DNA from: Gammaproteobacteria bacterium
GTDB taxonomy: Bacteria; Pseudomonadota; Gammaproteobacteria; Ga0077536
Assembly: GCA_047611905.1 (NCBI GenBank)
Contig: JBLFWZ010000004.1
Coordinates: forward strand, 1 to 54,395
Direction of reading: 5' to 3'
DNA: 54,395 bases
In this document: positions 1 through 9,406 of the stretch, one piece after another
Position numbering within the stretch: position 1 is the first letter of the stretch
Layout: each line of letters starts with the position of its first letter
Notes under the pieces: generated by a model
Told to the model about the DNA's origin: nothing
The model's input: the letters and a program-made list of their open reading frames with translations, nothing else
Databases searched by the model: none
Program-made: the position numbers and the translations under genes

Positions 1-155
1 AGAGAATAAAGCTGAAGCGGATGCCGGCCCACGGGTAGTTCTTTATCATTCGTCGGACCTGCGATCGGTCGGTTTATGTTGGAAAAGGCACCGCCTTCCT
101 GGCCATCCCATTTCCACACTTTCGGAGGCGTATATCCGTCGTTCGATTCGGTCAT
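1..155 (-). CDS. yghU: Glutathione-dependent disulfide-bond oxidoreductase YghU (Nu-class GST), 5' part only; runs off the window
   Basis: Not in ORF track. Manual minus-strand translation from ATG at 155: MTESNDGYTPPKVWKWDGQEGGAFSNINRPIAGPTNDKELPVGRHPLQLYSL, matching the YghU N-terminal pattern (KVWxW...GGAFxNINRP...LPVGxHPLQLYSL); GGAG RBS at 162-165. Confidence 0.92.
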   Translation of the reverse strand, partial: MTESNDGYTPPKVWKWDGQEGGAFSNINRPIAGPTNDKELPVGRHPLQLYS

Positions 156-533
156 TTTTTTCTCCAGTAAAACTTCGTCCTTACTCATATTGCTCTTTCC
201 GGAGTCGGGAAAAGCGGGCATAAGGTCGATAAAAATATTGGTGGATCCTCTTAACAACGTTAATTGAACGGAAAAGAACAATGCTGATCTATAGGTACCG
301 TCGACAGTTACGTGCTTATTTTAAACCCAACCCGGGCAGAGCTATTTCCTCTATTAATAATTTTCAAAGCGATACCGGCTCACTGGTGACACGTCGCCTG
401 GTACGTCGATAAGCGCCTCAACCGAGCCTTCTCCCGCAGCTGTCAGTGAGTATTGATTACCCGCCAAACCTCCGTCAGTATTTATGGGACGACTAGCTGA
501 ATAGATTGTGACCATATCAAGAGGTGGAAAGAA

Positions 534-980
534 ATGAAACTTCCTATCACAGGTGGCTGTAACTGCGGAGAAGTGCGTTTCGAAATTAGTACTAAACCGA
601 AACTAACCTGGATTTGTCATTGTCGACAATGCCAGCGCTTCTCGGGAGGGGGCGGCATGACGAACATCGTCATTCAAAAATCCGATGTTCGTTTTATTAA
701 GGGATCACCAATATCGCACGGCGAGACGGGGACAAGCGGAAATCCGACCCGACGAGGGTTTTGCCCTAGCTGTGGTTGCTCGATCACAGCGTTCGCAGAT
801 GTATTCCCGGACGTGCACGGAATCTGTGCAGCGAGCTTGGACGACTCGACGATTTTGAAAGTTGTCGCGCATATTTGGACCGACAGTATGCAACCGTGGG
901 ACGTTGTTCCTGAAGGCGTCGCGCAGTTCGGAAACACTCCCTCCATGGAAGAGTTAGAAAAATTGCTCTCGAAGGAATAG
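534..980 (+). CDS. GFA/CENP-V family Zn protein (glutathione-dependent formaldehyde-activating enzyme-like)
   Basis: GGCNCG, CHCRQCQR, RGFCPSCG, HIW motifs; GAGG RBS. Confidence 0.9.
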   Translation: MKLPITGGCNCGEVRFEISTKPKLTWICHCRQCQRFSGGGGMTNIVIQKSDVRFIKGSPISHGETGTSGNPTRRGFCPSCGCSITAFADVFPDVHGICAASLDDSTILKVVAHIWTDSMQPWDVVPEGVAQFGNTPSMEELEKLLSKE

Positions 981-1091
981 TTGGTTCTTTCCCATCTGAA
1001 CAATTGGCGAGGCTCCTTGTAACTGCCCTAGCTGTTGCGGGGCCCGGCTCCCTCTGTGAACAGAACGAAGCTGTTTCTCCCGGAGATTATG

Positions 1092-1292
1092 TCAGCGCTC
1101 TAGCGGATAGAAACTATGCAGTGCCGTTTGGCAAGTACCACCGTGCATGGCGCCGCAGACGGCGGTCGTTTGACCCTCTTTTGCTAACAGCGCAACGAGA
1201 TTTCTTAATGCCTGTGTGTTTCGGTGTATTTGAATAGCCACAAAAACAAGCGAGGCGACGACTGCGATTGCGCTAACGGCGTCCCAACTCAT
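1092..1292 (-). pseudogene. Probable truncated remnant of a small N-terminally anchored membrane protein
   Basis: ATG at 1292 with GGGGA upstream; MSWDAVSAIAVVASLVFVAIQIHRNTQALR looks like a typical MxWD(A)...AVVASLxxVAIQIRxNT N-terminus, then loses protein-like character after about 35 aa. Confidence 0.45.
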
Positions 1293-1855
1293 CGCATTTC
1301 CCCCGATAAATACTGACGGTGTAGAGCCTCGGGTGGAGGCGGCGGAGCGGAACGGGTGCAGCAAAGATACCAGACGAGACAAGCGCACGGCATCTGCTTA
1401 GGTTCCTGTCCGACGTTAACTACCGATCGCTTGTGGCCGACGAGACTCGGTCGCTTAGATGGCATTGGATGCCGACTATATATGTCATGGGTAACGTTAC
1501 TCAAATACTGTCCGCGCGATGCGCATCGAATGAATATACTGTCACCAAAATTCAAAGACGCTACGCAAGGCGGCGAAGAAGTCGGTGGGGTCGTTGCTGG
1601 GTCGCGACCGATTAAAGGGCGCTCGGTCCCACTGTTATCCCGTGATGTGCCGAGTGCTGATTTGAATAGATTGTCCTGTTAAAAATTTACGCACTACGCT
1701 TGCTGTAAAAACCCGAAAAATGCCGAATCTGCATTTCTATTTAAGGTGTCAAATCCCACACGTACTACTGCGGCTGCGGCGTAGTATGAAGACACGCGAA
1801 GGGAAAACCGACCTCGCGCAAAAACGATCTGAGCAACACTAATGGAGCAGAAATC

Positions 1856-2227
1856 ATGAAAGAGATTGCAAAATTCACGACGAAATCTACGTCTATTGAA
1901 GTTTCACAACAACCAGGAGGCGCACTCAGTTTTACATTGAACCTAGAGGGCAGCGTTACGGGTGCTTTTGAAGGCGCTATATTGATGACGATACATGCGA
2001 CGTCGTCCGATCTAAAAAGTGGTAGCTATACCCACGTTGTCGCGGGATATCTTAGTGACGGATCGACTACTAGCGTATCTGGGGGCGGGACCTTGCAATC
2101 GGTCGGTGGCGGTGGCCATAAGTGGCGCTTGCGCGGCTCCGACATCACCGCTGATGGTCTCACCGTTGTCACTGATGGCGAGATGGATTTGGCTACACGA
2201 ACGTACGTTGGCACGATATATGAGTAG
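1856..2227 (+). CDS. Hypothetical beta-strand-rich cytoplasmic protein
   Basis: 123-aa ORF, GGAG RBS, alternating hydrophobic/polar and Gly-rich turn pattern, followed by a terminator. Confidence 0.8.
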   Translation: MKEIAKFTTKSTSIEVSQQPGGALSFTLNLEGSVTGAFEGAILMTIHATSSDLKSGSYTHVVAGYLSDGSTTSVSGGGTLQSVGGGGHKWRLRGSDITADGLTVVTDGEMDLATRTYVGTIYE

Positions 2228-2261
2228 GCGATAAGGTTCGTATTGCTGTCTAACAGCGAAT

Positions 2262-2289
2262 AGGAACCCGTAATCGCGGGTTTCTTTTT
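2262..2289 (+). terminator. Rho-independent terminator
   Basis: AGGAACCCG-taatcg-CGGGTTTCT stem-loop followed by T tract, about 35 nt after the 1856-2227 stop. Confidence 0.75.
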
Positions 2290-2524
2290 GTTCGCTTAGC
2301 AAATCGGTGCTGGGACGACTTGATAGCTTATTAGTCTTCGTCCAGCAACACGATAACCAACGCCACTCGGCCTGCTGCTCTGCATTTTTATTTCGTTTGT
2401 AACGGCGTCGCTTACCGACGATGGCGCGAGCGGATCATATACGAAGTGTTTGAGGTCTACTCGTACGAAGCGCAGCGCGAATTGAACGTCCCCTCGGGTC
2501 ATGTACCCACGAGAAATTTGCGGT

Positions 2525-5410
2525 TTAAGTTGTCAGGACAACTCGCACGGCATCCAGCCGTAGTTGCATGTGTTGGAGGTGTTCCATCAGCTCGCGTGCG
2601 GATTCTTTTTGATAGTCAATTTCTTCGGCACGGATATTCGGATTCACTGCGGCAAGCGCCTGCAGGCGCTCTAGCGCCGATTGTTGCTCATCGAGTGCAT
2701 TCTGCTTCGCCATCGCGAGTAATGGCGCAAACTCCGTCTCAGCTAGTTTAGTCGCGTTTGCGGCCATCGCATTAATTTCGCTGCGCGCATGTTTCGCAAC
2801 TTCCTGCGCGACCCTTTTTTTGAGCGATTCGACGATCGGGTTGAGACGTTCTGGGGTGAGTATCGAGGTTAGATTTTTATCCGCCCGATCAACGACAATT
2901 CTTATTGTTCCTTGCGGGATATAGCGCTGCACCTGCAAACGCTTCGGCGCGGCACAACTAACGACGAACAGTGTCTCTAGAATTAAAGTGCCGGGTTTTA
3001 GAAACGGTGCTTTCATTGAACACAGGGTCGCGTTACCGAATTCTCCCGAAATCATCATGTCCATTGCGCCGGTGACCATAGGATGTTCCCAAGTGAGGAA
3101 ATGCATGTCCTCCTTAGCTAGGGCCTCGACACGATCGTAGGTGCCCGTAATACCGCCTTCAGGAAGGCCGGGGAAATTGTGCGCCAACATGTGGTCGCCG
3201 GGGTGCACCACGACGCTCAACAATCCATGAACCTGTTGTTCGACACCGAAAAAATCGAATACGCGGTCCATGTAATCGGCGAGCTCGAGTTTTCGAGCCG
3301 ATTCGTTAACCTCGGCGATAACCGAACTCGCTAGTTCAGGATCATGAGAATTTAATTCGATTAGACGATCGCGTCCAAGTTTCAAAGCTTCCTGCGCCTC
3401 GAGTGCGGCGGCGCGCGTTTCTTCAATTAACTTATCGGCCGCCGCAACGTCACCAGGATTCCGTAAGCATTCGTCCAATGCGTTTTCGAACTCGTTGTAA
3501 AGCACTCTACCGGCCGGAAAGACTTGTTCGATAGAATCGAGTCCCTGTTGGTACCAATTAAGTAAGACTTCGCTCGCTGCGCCGGCATAGTACGGCACGT
3601 GGATCTGCACGGCATGACGCTGCCCGATCCGATCGAGCCGACCGATGCGTTGTTCGAGCAGGTCGGGGTTTAATGGTAAATCGAACAGTACGAGTCGATG
3701 GGCGAATTGGAAGTTTCGCCCCTCGCTACCAATTTCGGAGCAGACTAGGACTTCAGCATTTTCTTGTTCGTCGGCGAAATAAGCCGCAGCGCGATCCCGC
3801 GCCACTAAGCCAAGGCCTTCATGAAACGCGGCTGAACGGATCCCGCAGCGCACGCTCAAGTGCTCTTCTAAGGCGATCGCAGTTTCGGCATGCGCGCAAA
3901 TCACCAAAGTTTTGGCCGGCCGATTCTCAACCAGCCAGCCTTCCAACCAAGCAACACGCGGGTCTGATGCCAGCCAGCCGTCGCCCAGTATCAATTCCGG
4001 GTTGAGCAAGTCTGCAATACTCGCCTGATCGACCCCAGCAACATAGGCGTCGGGCGCGGTAAGTGCGTGTGAATGTAACTGGCGTTCTGGAAATCCGGGC
4101 ACCGCGTCACGACAGTTTCGATATAAGACGCGACCTGTTCCGTGACGGTCGAGCAAGTTCTGAATCGCCCTGCTAAGCAATGCGCCGCGTGCGGCAATTT
4201 CCGCGTCGACAATTTCTGCAACCGCATTGGGACCTAAAAATGTTGCAAGAGATCCTTGTAGTTCGAGATCACCGGGAAATGACGTAGCGGCATCAGACTT
4301 TAGTAGTTCGTGCACCATGTCGGCAATGGGACGATAGTTTTCTTCTTCCGCACGAAAACTCGCCAAAGAATGATAGCGGTCGGGATCGAGCAAACGTAGG
4401 CGTGCGAAATGGCCTTCAACGCCGAGTTGTTCTGGTGTTGCAGTAATCAGTATCAGGCCCGCCGCGTGTCGTGCGAGCGCCTCGATCGCGTGGTACGCGG
4501 GACTCGCCTCGGTCTCGTCCCAGCTCAAATGGTGCGCTTCGTCAACAACCATGAGGTCCCACGATGCGGCCAAGGCTTGTGCTTGACGCTCGGGTTGATC
4601 GACAAGTAACGAAAGCCCCGCCAGCACGAGTTGCGCGCTTTCGAATGGGTTTTCAATTTCATCATCCGGATCATCGTCTTCCTCGACTTCTTCAATCGCC
4701 GCACAGGTCGCTTCGTCGAGGATCGTAAAGTGCAAGTTAAAGCGTCTCAGCATTTCGACTAACCATTGATGAATTAGGCTGTCGGGGACGACGATCAATA
4801 CGCGATTGACACTGCCACTGAGGAGTTGTTGGTGGAGAATTAGCCCCGCTTCGATGGTTTTGCCTAGCCCTACTTCATCGGCGAGCAACACCCGCGGATG
4901 ATGGCGCTCTGAAACTTGCTTGGCGATATAAAACTGGTGAGGTAACAGTTGGACGCGCGGACCCATCAGACCAAAAGCCTCCGACTTAGCATGCCGGTGC
5001 TGCTGAGCGAGAGATTCTGTACGCAGTAGAAAACTTGCGTTCTTATCGATTTGGCCAGCGAACAAGCGATCGAGCGGCCGACTAAACTGAACGAAACTAT
5101 CGAGGTCTAGTTCCGGAAGTACGGCGGGTTCACCATTCACATCGTTGCCGATGTAGATGATGCAGCCGTTCGCTTCGTGACGTTCGGTAATTTCTAAGCT
5201 CGAGCCGTTTTCGTGAGTAACCGTTTCGCCAACTTCGTACATCACGCGGCTCAAAGGTGCATTGTCGCTAGCATAGACTCTGCGTTCACCCGCGGCCGGA
5301 AAACTAACGGTCACCCGACGATCCGCGTACTCGACGACAATGCCGAGACCGAGTTCTGACTCTGTATTGCTTACCCAACGTTGCCCTGCGACAAAAACCG
5401 AATCTACCAA
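2525..5410 (-). CDS. rapA: RNA polymerase-associated SWI2/SNF2 ATPase RapA (HepA)
   Basis: GQRWVSNTESELGLG N-terminus, LLADEVGLGKT, VVDEAHH, TATPEQLG, SEIGSEGRNFQF, EQRIGRLDRIGQ, C-terminal RLDAVRV; 961 aa. Confidence 0.98.
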   Translation of the reverse strand: MVDSVFVAGQRWVSNTESELGLGIVVEYADRRVTVSFPAAGERRVYASDNAPLSRVMYEVGETVTHENGSSLEITERHEANGCIIYIGNDVNGEPAVLPELDLDSFVQFSRPLDRLFAGQIDKNASFLLRTESLAQQHRHAKSEAFGLMGPRVQLLPHQFYIAKQVSERHHPRVLLADEVGLGKTIEAGLILHQQLLSGSVNRVLIVVPDSLIHQWLVEMLRRFNLHFTILDEATCAAIEEVEEDDDPDDEIENPFESAQLVLAGLSLLVDQPERQAQALAASWDLMVVDEAHHLSWDETEASPAYHAIEALARHAAGLILITATPEQLGVEGHFARLRLLDPDRYHSLASFRAEEENYRPIADMVHELLKSDAATSFPGDLELQGSLATFLGPNAVAEIVDAEIAARGALLSRAIQNLLDRHGTGRVLYRNCRDAVPGFPERQLHSHALTAPDAYVAGVDQASIADLLNPELILGDGWLASDPRVAWLEGWLVENRPAKTLVICAHAETAIALEEHLSVRCGIRSAAFHEGLGLVARDRAAAYFADEQENAEVLVCSEIGSEGRNFQFAHRLVLFDLPLNPDLLEQRIGRLDRIGQRHAVQIHVPYYAGAASEVLLNWYQQGLDSIEQVFPAGRVLYNEFENALDECLRNPGDVAAADKLIEETRAAALEAQEALKLGRDRLIELNSHDPELASSVIAEVNESARKLELADYMDRVFDFFGVEQQVHGLLSVVVHPGDHMLAHNFPGLPEGGITGTYDRVEALAKEDMHFLTWEHPMVTGAMDMMISGEFGNATLCSMKAPFLKPGTLILETLFVVSCAAPKRLQVQRYIPQGTIRIVVDRADKNLTSILTPERLNPIVESLKKRVAQEVAKHARSEINAMAANATKLAETEFAPLLAMAKQNALDEQQSALERLQALAAVNPNIRAEEIDYQKESARELMEHLQHMQLRLDAVRVVLTT

Positions 5411-5736
5411 ACTTAAACCTCGTAGCCGGAACCCGGCTGGGAAAAATTAAACCCTCTATCGATACCGATCTTCTAGTGGCACCGGCGCGCGCAAGTATAA
5501 ACAGATGCGTGGCGGAAAAGTATTTTTCCTGCACTGGGAGTGCGATTTTTTGGAGCTAGGACGAGTGTTGTGGAAGCTTAATTGTTGCCAGAACGCATCC
5601 TGAGCTGCCTCGACGGCCGACAGTGCGAGGACCCACAAAAGGCGTCAAACACGCGGCCCAAGTGGATAGGTTTTCTAAACTGAATGACTCGCTCAGAGCA
5701 ACTTACTAGTCGCGCTGACGTAATTCCGAGCGCAGC

Positions 5737-7230
5737 CTAGGATAATGTTGTGGCGTCCAGGCCAGCACCGGCTCCCGCGATCCGGCCAAACACCGCGCCG
5801 TTGGTGAGTCCACTACCGCCTGGGTAGTTGAAATAGAAAATGCCGCCGACGATTTCCCCCGCGGCATACAATCCCGCGATCGGATTAAGGTCACTGCCGA
5901 GCACTTGGCCGTGTGGATTAATCCGCAGTCCGCCAAAGGTAAACGTAATACCGCAGGTTACCGCGTAGGCCTCAAATGGGGGCGTATCGATCAGGTTGGC
6001 CCAATTGCTTTTATTCACAGCCAATCCATCGGTTTTGCGCCCATCCTTGACGTTCGGATTGAAGGCAATACTTTGCTCGATTGCGCGGTTGTACTGTCGA
6101 ATGGTTTTCTGCATCTGCGTGCCGTCGACATCGTCGAGTTTCGCAGAGAGTTCTTCGAGACTATTCGCGACGACTTTAGTTACCTGCTTAATTCGGTATT
6201 CATCGCGCAACAAATGCGAAACTTTCTGATCAAACACCTGCCAAGCAAACTGCCCAGGCTGTGCAAGTATCTCGCGACCGTATTTCGCGTAAGTGTAGTT
6301 GCGAAAATCGGCCCCTTCATCGACAAAGCGTTCACCATCGGCATTGACCATGATGCCAAACGGATACGAGTGCTTTTGAAACCCATCACCCACGGCTAAG
6401 TCGCCGAACTCCGGCGCGTTTCGCTCCCAGCCAACTGCATGACAGCCCGACCAATTGCCCCGCGTGGCCGCGCCAATGTCGATCGCCATACGGATCCCAT
6501 CACCGGTATTAAACGGCGTGCCGCGCACCTTAGCCGTCTCCCAACCTGCGCCGAGATAGCGCGTCCGCCATTCGGGATTCGCCTGAAAACCGCCACAAGC
6601 CAGTACGATCGCGCGGGCTTTGATGGTGAATTTTTTTCCCTGAATACGCGCACAAACGGCGCATACGCCCGCATCATCACGCAACAAGCTATACGCGTCG
6701 GCGCTGTACAGCACCTTGATCCCGGCTTTGCGAACGGCTTCGTACAATGCTTCGATCAATCCAGGGCCACCGCCTACGGCTTCTACGGTGAGTCCACCCC
6801 AGAATTTAAATCGTCCGTCGACTTTGAACGCTTGGCGACCATAAATGGGCGCGAAGCGCACGCCTTTGTCGCGCATCCATTTTAAGGTGTCGAGACTTTT
6901 TGAGACCAAGGTTTCAGCGAGATCAGGATCGCATTGATATTCTGTGACCCTGGCGAGATCGTCCAAAAATTCTGCTTGAGTGTAACTGCCGAAATCGGTC
7001 GAGGCTTTTTCCGCAGCGCTCAGATCGGGGATTAAAGATTCGATATCGTCGATACCGTTGTACACGACTCGCATCGCACCGGCTGTAAACGCCGTGTTGC
7101 CACCACGCAACTCAGCCGGCGCACGTTCCAACATGATCACGTTGGCGCCTTTCTCCGCAGCTGCAAGTGCCGCACAACACGCCGCATTGCCAGCTCCAAT
7201 AACGACGACGTCGGTAGTGAGATCTGTCAT
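5737..7230 (-). CDS. tcuA: FAD-dependent tricarballylate dehydrogenase TcuA family (FAD_binding_2)
   Basis: GAGNAA dinucleotide motif, RGGNT, RFVDEGADFRNYTYAKYG, CGITFTFGG, FYFNYPGGSGL; start placed at ATG 7230. Confidence 0.82.
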   Translation of the reverse strand: MTDLTTDVVVIGAGNAACCAALAAAEKGANVIMLERAPAELRGGNTAFTAGAMRVVYNGIDDIESLIPDLSAAEKASTDFGSYTQAEFLDDLARVTEYQCDPDLAETLVSKSLDTLKWMRDKGVRFAPIYGRQAFKVDGRFKFWGGLTVEAVGGGPGLIEALYEAVRKAGIKVLYSADAYSLLRDDAGVCAVCARIQGKKFTIKARAIVLACGGFQANPEWRTRYLGAGWETAKVRGTPFNTGDGIRMAIDIGAATRGNWSGCHAVGWERNAPEFGDLAVGDGFQKHSYPFGIMVNADGERFVDEGADFRNYTYAKYGREILAQPGQFAWQVFDQKVSHLLRDEYRIKQVTKVVANSLEELSAKLDDVDGTQMQKTIRQYNRAIEQSIAFNPNVKDGRKTDGLAVNKSNWANLIDTPPFEAYAVTCGITFTFGGLRINPHGQVLGSDLNPIAGLYAAGEIVGGIFYFNYPGGSGLTNGAVFGRIAGAGAGLDATTLS

Positions 7231-7311
7231 CGTGGTTACCAAGGTTCAGCGCGGCCGATAATTTTTCGCAAACAATATGACGCCCTAGACGTTGATTACC
7301 GTGCGCCGGAC

Positions 7312-8202
7312 CTAAGCACCTGGCGCGAGCATTTCTAACGCACCCCAATCGGGTTCGAGTCCGCCTACTTGACCTTCTTCTAACTGCTCATGCGCGTTGA
7401 TCGGATATAAAGTAATTTCTGACGCTCCGGCATCAATGTGCGCCTGAACGCGAGCTTTGATCTGATCCGAATCGCCCCACGCAATAATCGCGTCGATCAG
7501 TCGATCGCTGCCGCCGTTTGCAAAATCTGAATCGTCGAATCCAGCCCTCTTCCACGTACGGTGGTAGGCGGGAAGCGGCAGATAGAAGTTGAGCGCGTCG
7601 CGTGCCAGCGCCCGTGCGCTCACCGGATCGGCTTCGGCACAGGTCCGAACGACAACGCAAAGCTTTTTATCCGGACCGAGAATTTTTCGCGCCCAGGCCG
7701 TGTGTTCCGCCGGCTGATTCAAGCAGAACGCACCGTCGGCGTGATCCCGAACGACTTCGAGTAACTTCGGACCATGCGCTGCGCAGATGATGGGCGCGGG
7801 GCTTTGCGCTTTAGGGCCGTCCGGCGAAGTCGCATGTATGCCACGCAGGTAATCGCCGAGCGCCTTGGTTGGCGGTAAGAATGTATGACCACGGGGTTCG
7901 ACAAGGACCGGATGAGAGACGCCTAAGCCAAGCGAAAAGCGACCACCTGACAACTCGGCCAAGGTTTGCCGGGCTTGGGCTGCGGCAACGTAATCACGAA
8001 CGTAGATGTTTGCAATCCCGATGCCGATATTTATGCGACTCGTTCGCGCGAGCAAATAGCCGGCTAGCGCCATGGGCTCGCGCCCCGACAGCTCAGGGAT
8101 CCACAGTCCGTCGTAGCCCATCTCTTCGAGACGTCGCGCGAACGATTCGACCGCTGCTGCGTCCATACCTTCGGTAAATTGAATTAGAGAAAATGTCGCC
8201 AT
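7312..8202 (-). CDS. LLM-class oxidoreductase, putative F420-dependent (MSMEG_4141-like)
   Basis: WIPE..GRE, GIANIYVRD, LGLGVSH, AHGPKLL, SDRLIDAIIAWG motifs. Confidence 0.85.
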   Translation of the reverse strand: MATFSLIQFTEGMDAAAVESFARRLEEMGYDGLWIPELSGREPMALAGYLLARTSRINIGIGIANIYVRDYVAAAQARQTLAELSGGRFSLGLGVSHPVLVEPRGHTFLPPTKALGDYLRGIHATSPDGPKAQSPAPIICAAHGPKLLEVVRDHADGAFCLNQPAEHTAWARKILGPDKKLCVVVRTCAEADPVSARALARDALNFYLPLPAYHRTWKRAGFDDSDFANGGSDRLIDAIIAWGDSDQIKARVQAHIDAGASEITLYPINAHEQLEEGQVGGLEPDWGALEMLAPGA

Positions 8203-8405
8203 CTTTTAGGACCTTCGATTCCGGTTAAGTTCGAACAATTAAAAGGATAATCGATATTGCTCACGAGCGGAGCGAGCACGCCGTAGTTTATAACCCTTGT
8301 CCGGCTCAGTGGCGGTACTACATATCCCACAGCACGGTTAGCGGGTTGAGCAATAGGTGCCGGTCCGCGACAATGATGTAACAAAAATAGGGCGGGGATA
8401 TTGCA

Positions 8406-9365
8406 ATGCTAGTTGAAGGCAAGTGGGAAGGCGACTGGCAACAACGCAGTCGTACGGATACAACGGGGCGATTTATTCGCGAGTCGTCGACGTTTCGCCA
8501 CTGGATCACTCGCGACGGTAGTGCCGGCCCCAGCGGCGATGCGGGCTTTAAGGCCGAGCCGGGGCGCTATCACTTATACGTTGCGCTGAATTGCCCGTGG
8601 GCTTGTCGCGCGTTGATTTACCGGAAACTGAAAAAGCTCGACGACGTTATTTCATTGTCGATTACCGCGCCGGAGTTTACTGATCAGGGCTATGGGTTTC
8701 GCGAGCACAAAGGATCAATCACGGATCCAATCCACAACGTGCGCTACGTGCACGAATTGTATGCGCACGCCAATCCCAAATTTACCGGCCGCCCGACGGT
8801 GCCGGTCTTGTGGGATAAGCAAAACGACACCCTAGTAAACAATGAATCGAGCGATATCATGCGGATGTTCAATACTGCGTTCGACTCTTTTGGTGATCAG
8901 GAGGTCGACTTCTATCCAGCCGAACTGCGCGCCGAAATCGATGCTTTAAACGAGCGCGTCTACGAAGGTTTGAATAATGGCGTGTACCGAGCAGGACTTG
9001 CCTCATCACAAGCGTCGCACGATCAAGCCGTAGGCGAAGTCTTCGAATGCCTAGATGAGCTCGAGCAGCGGCTGGAAGGCCAATCGTATCTGCTCGGCGA
9101 ACGGATTACGGAAACGGATTGGCGAGTATTCGTTACTTTAATTCGCTTCGACATCGCCTACCACGGATTGTTCAAATGCAATTTAAAGCACTTGCTCGAC
9201 TATCCCAATCTTGCCCACTATTTGAAGCGCTTGTACGATGTTCCAGGTGTTGCCGAGACGGTGGATTTCGATCACATCAAACGCACTTACTACAGTATTC
9301 GCAAACTAAACCCGGATGGGATCATGCCGCTTGGGCCTCTCAAGCTTTTCCCGGACGATGCTTAA
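8406..9365 (+). CDS. yqjG: Glutathionyl-hydroquinone reductase (Xi-class GST, YqjG family)
   Basis: GRYHLYV..CPWA, TVPVLWDK, NNESSDI, NNGVYRAG, LIRFD..Y, HIKRTYY. Confidence 0.93.
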   Translation: MLVEGKWEGDWQQRSRTDTTGRFIRESSTFRHWITRDGSAGPSGDAGFKAEPGRYHLYVALNCPWACRALIYRKLKKLDDVISLSITAPEFTDQGYGFREHKGSITDPIHNVRYVHELYAHANPKFTGRPTVPVLWDKQNDTLVNNESSDIMRMFNTAFDSFGDQEVDFYPAELRAEIDALNERVYEGLNNGVYRAGLASSQASHDQAVGEVFECLDELEQRLEGQSYLLGERITETDWRVFVTLIRFDIAYHGLFKCNLKHLLDYPNLAHYLKRLYDVPGVAETVDFDHIKRTYYSIRKLNPDGIMPLGPLKLFPDDA

Positions 9366-9406
9366 ACCTTCCTGTGCTGCTGTGAATTAAGATTCCGACG
9401 GACGCG

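Larger units (their letters stand above)
472..1319. repeat. 14-bp perfect inverted repeat pair CCGTCAGTATTTAT (472-485) / ATAAATACTGACGG (1306-1319) bounding two convergent ORFs
   Basis: Direct sequence comparison; degenerate relatives at 441-453, 1503-1513 and 1534-1546. Confidence 0.7.

Noticed and set aside
76-267. 63-aa + strand ORF
   Set aside because: Shadow of the yghU 5' end on the opposite strand
472-1546. Integron cassette array
   Set aside because: No attC-type ends, genes are convergent, and no intI in the window
1795-1835. c-di-GMP-I riboswitch suggested by GGGAAAACC...CGCAAA
   Set aside because: Lacks the GAAA-capped P2 stem and the P3 receptor arrangement
2296-2502. 68-aa minus-strand ORF downstream of rapA
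   Set aside because: No recognisable motif or convincing RBS; may be spurious
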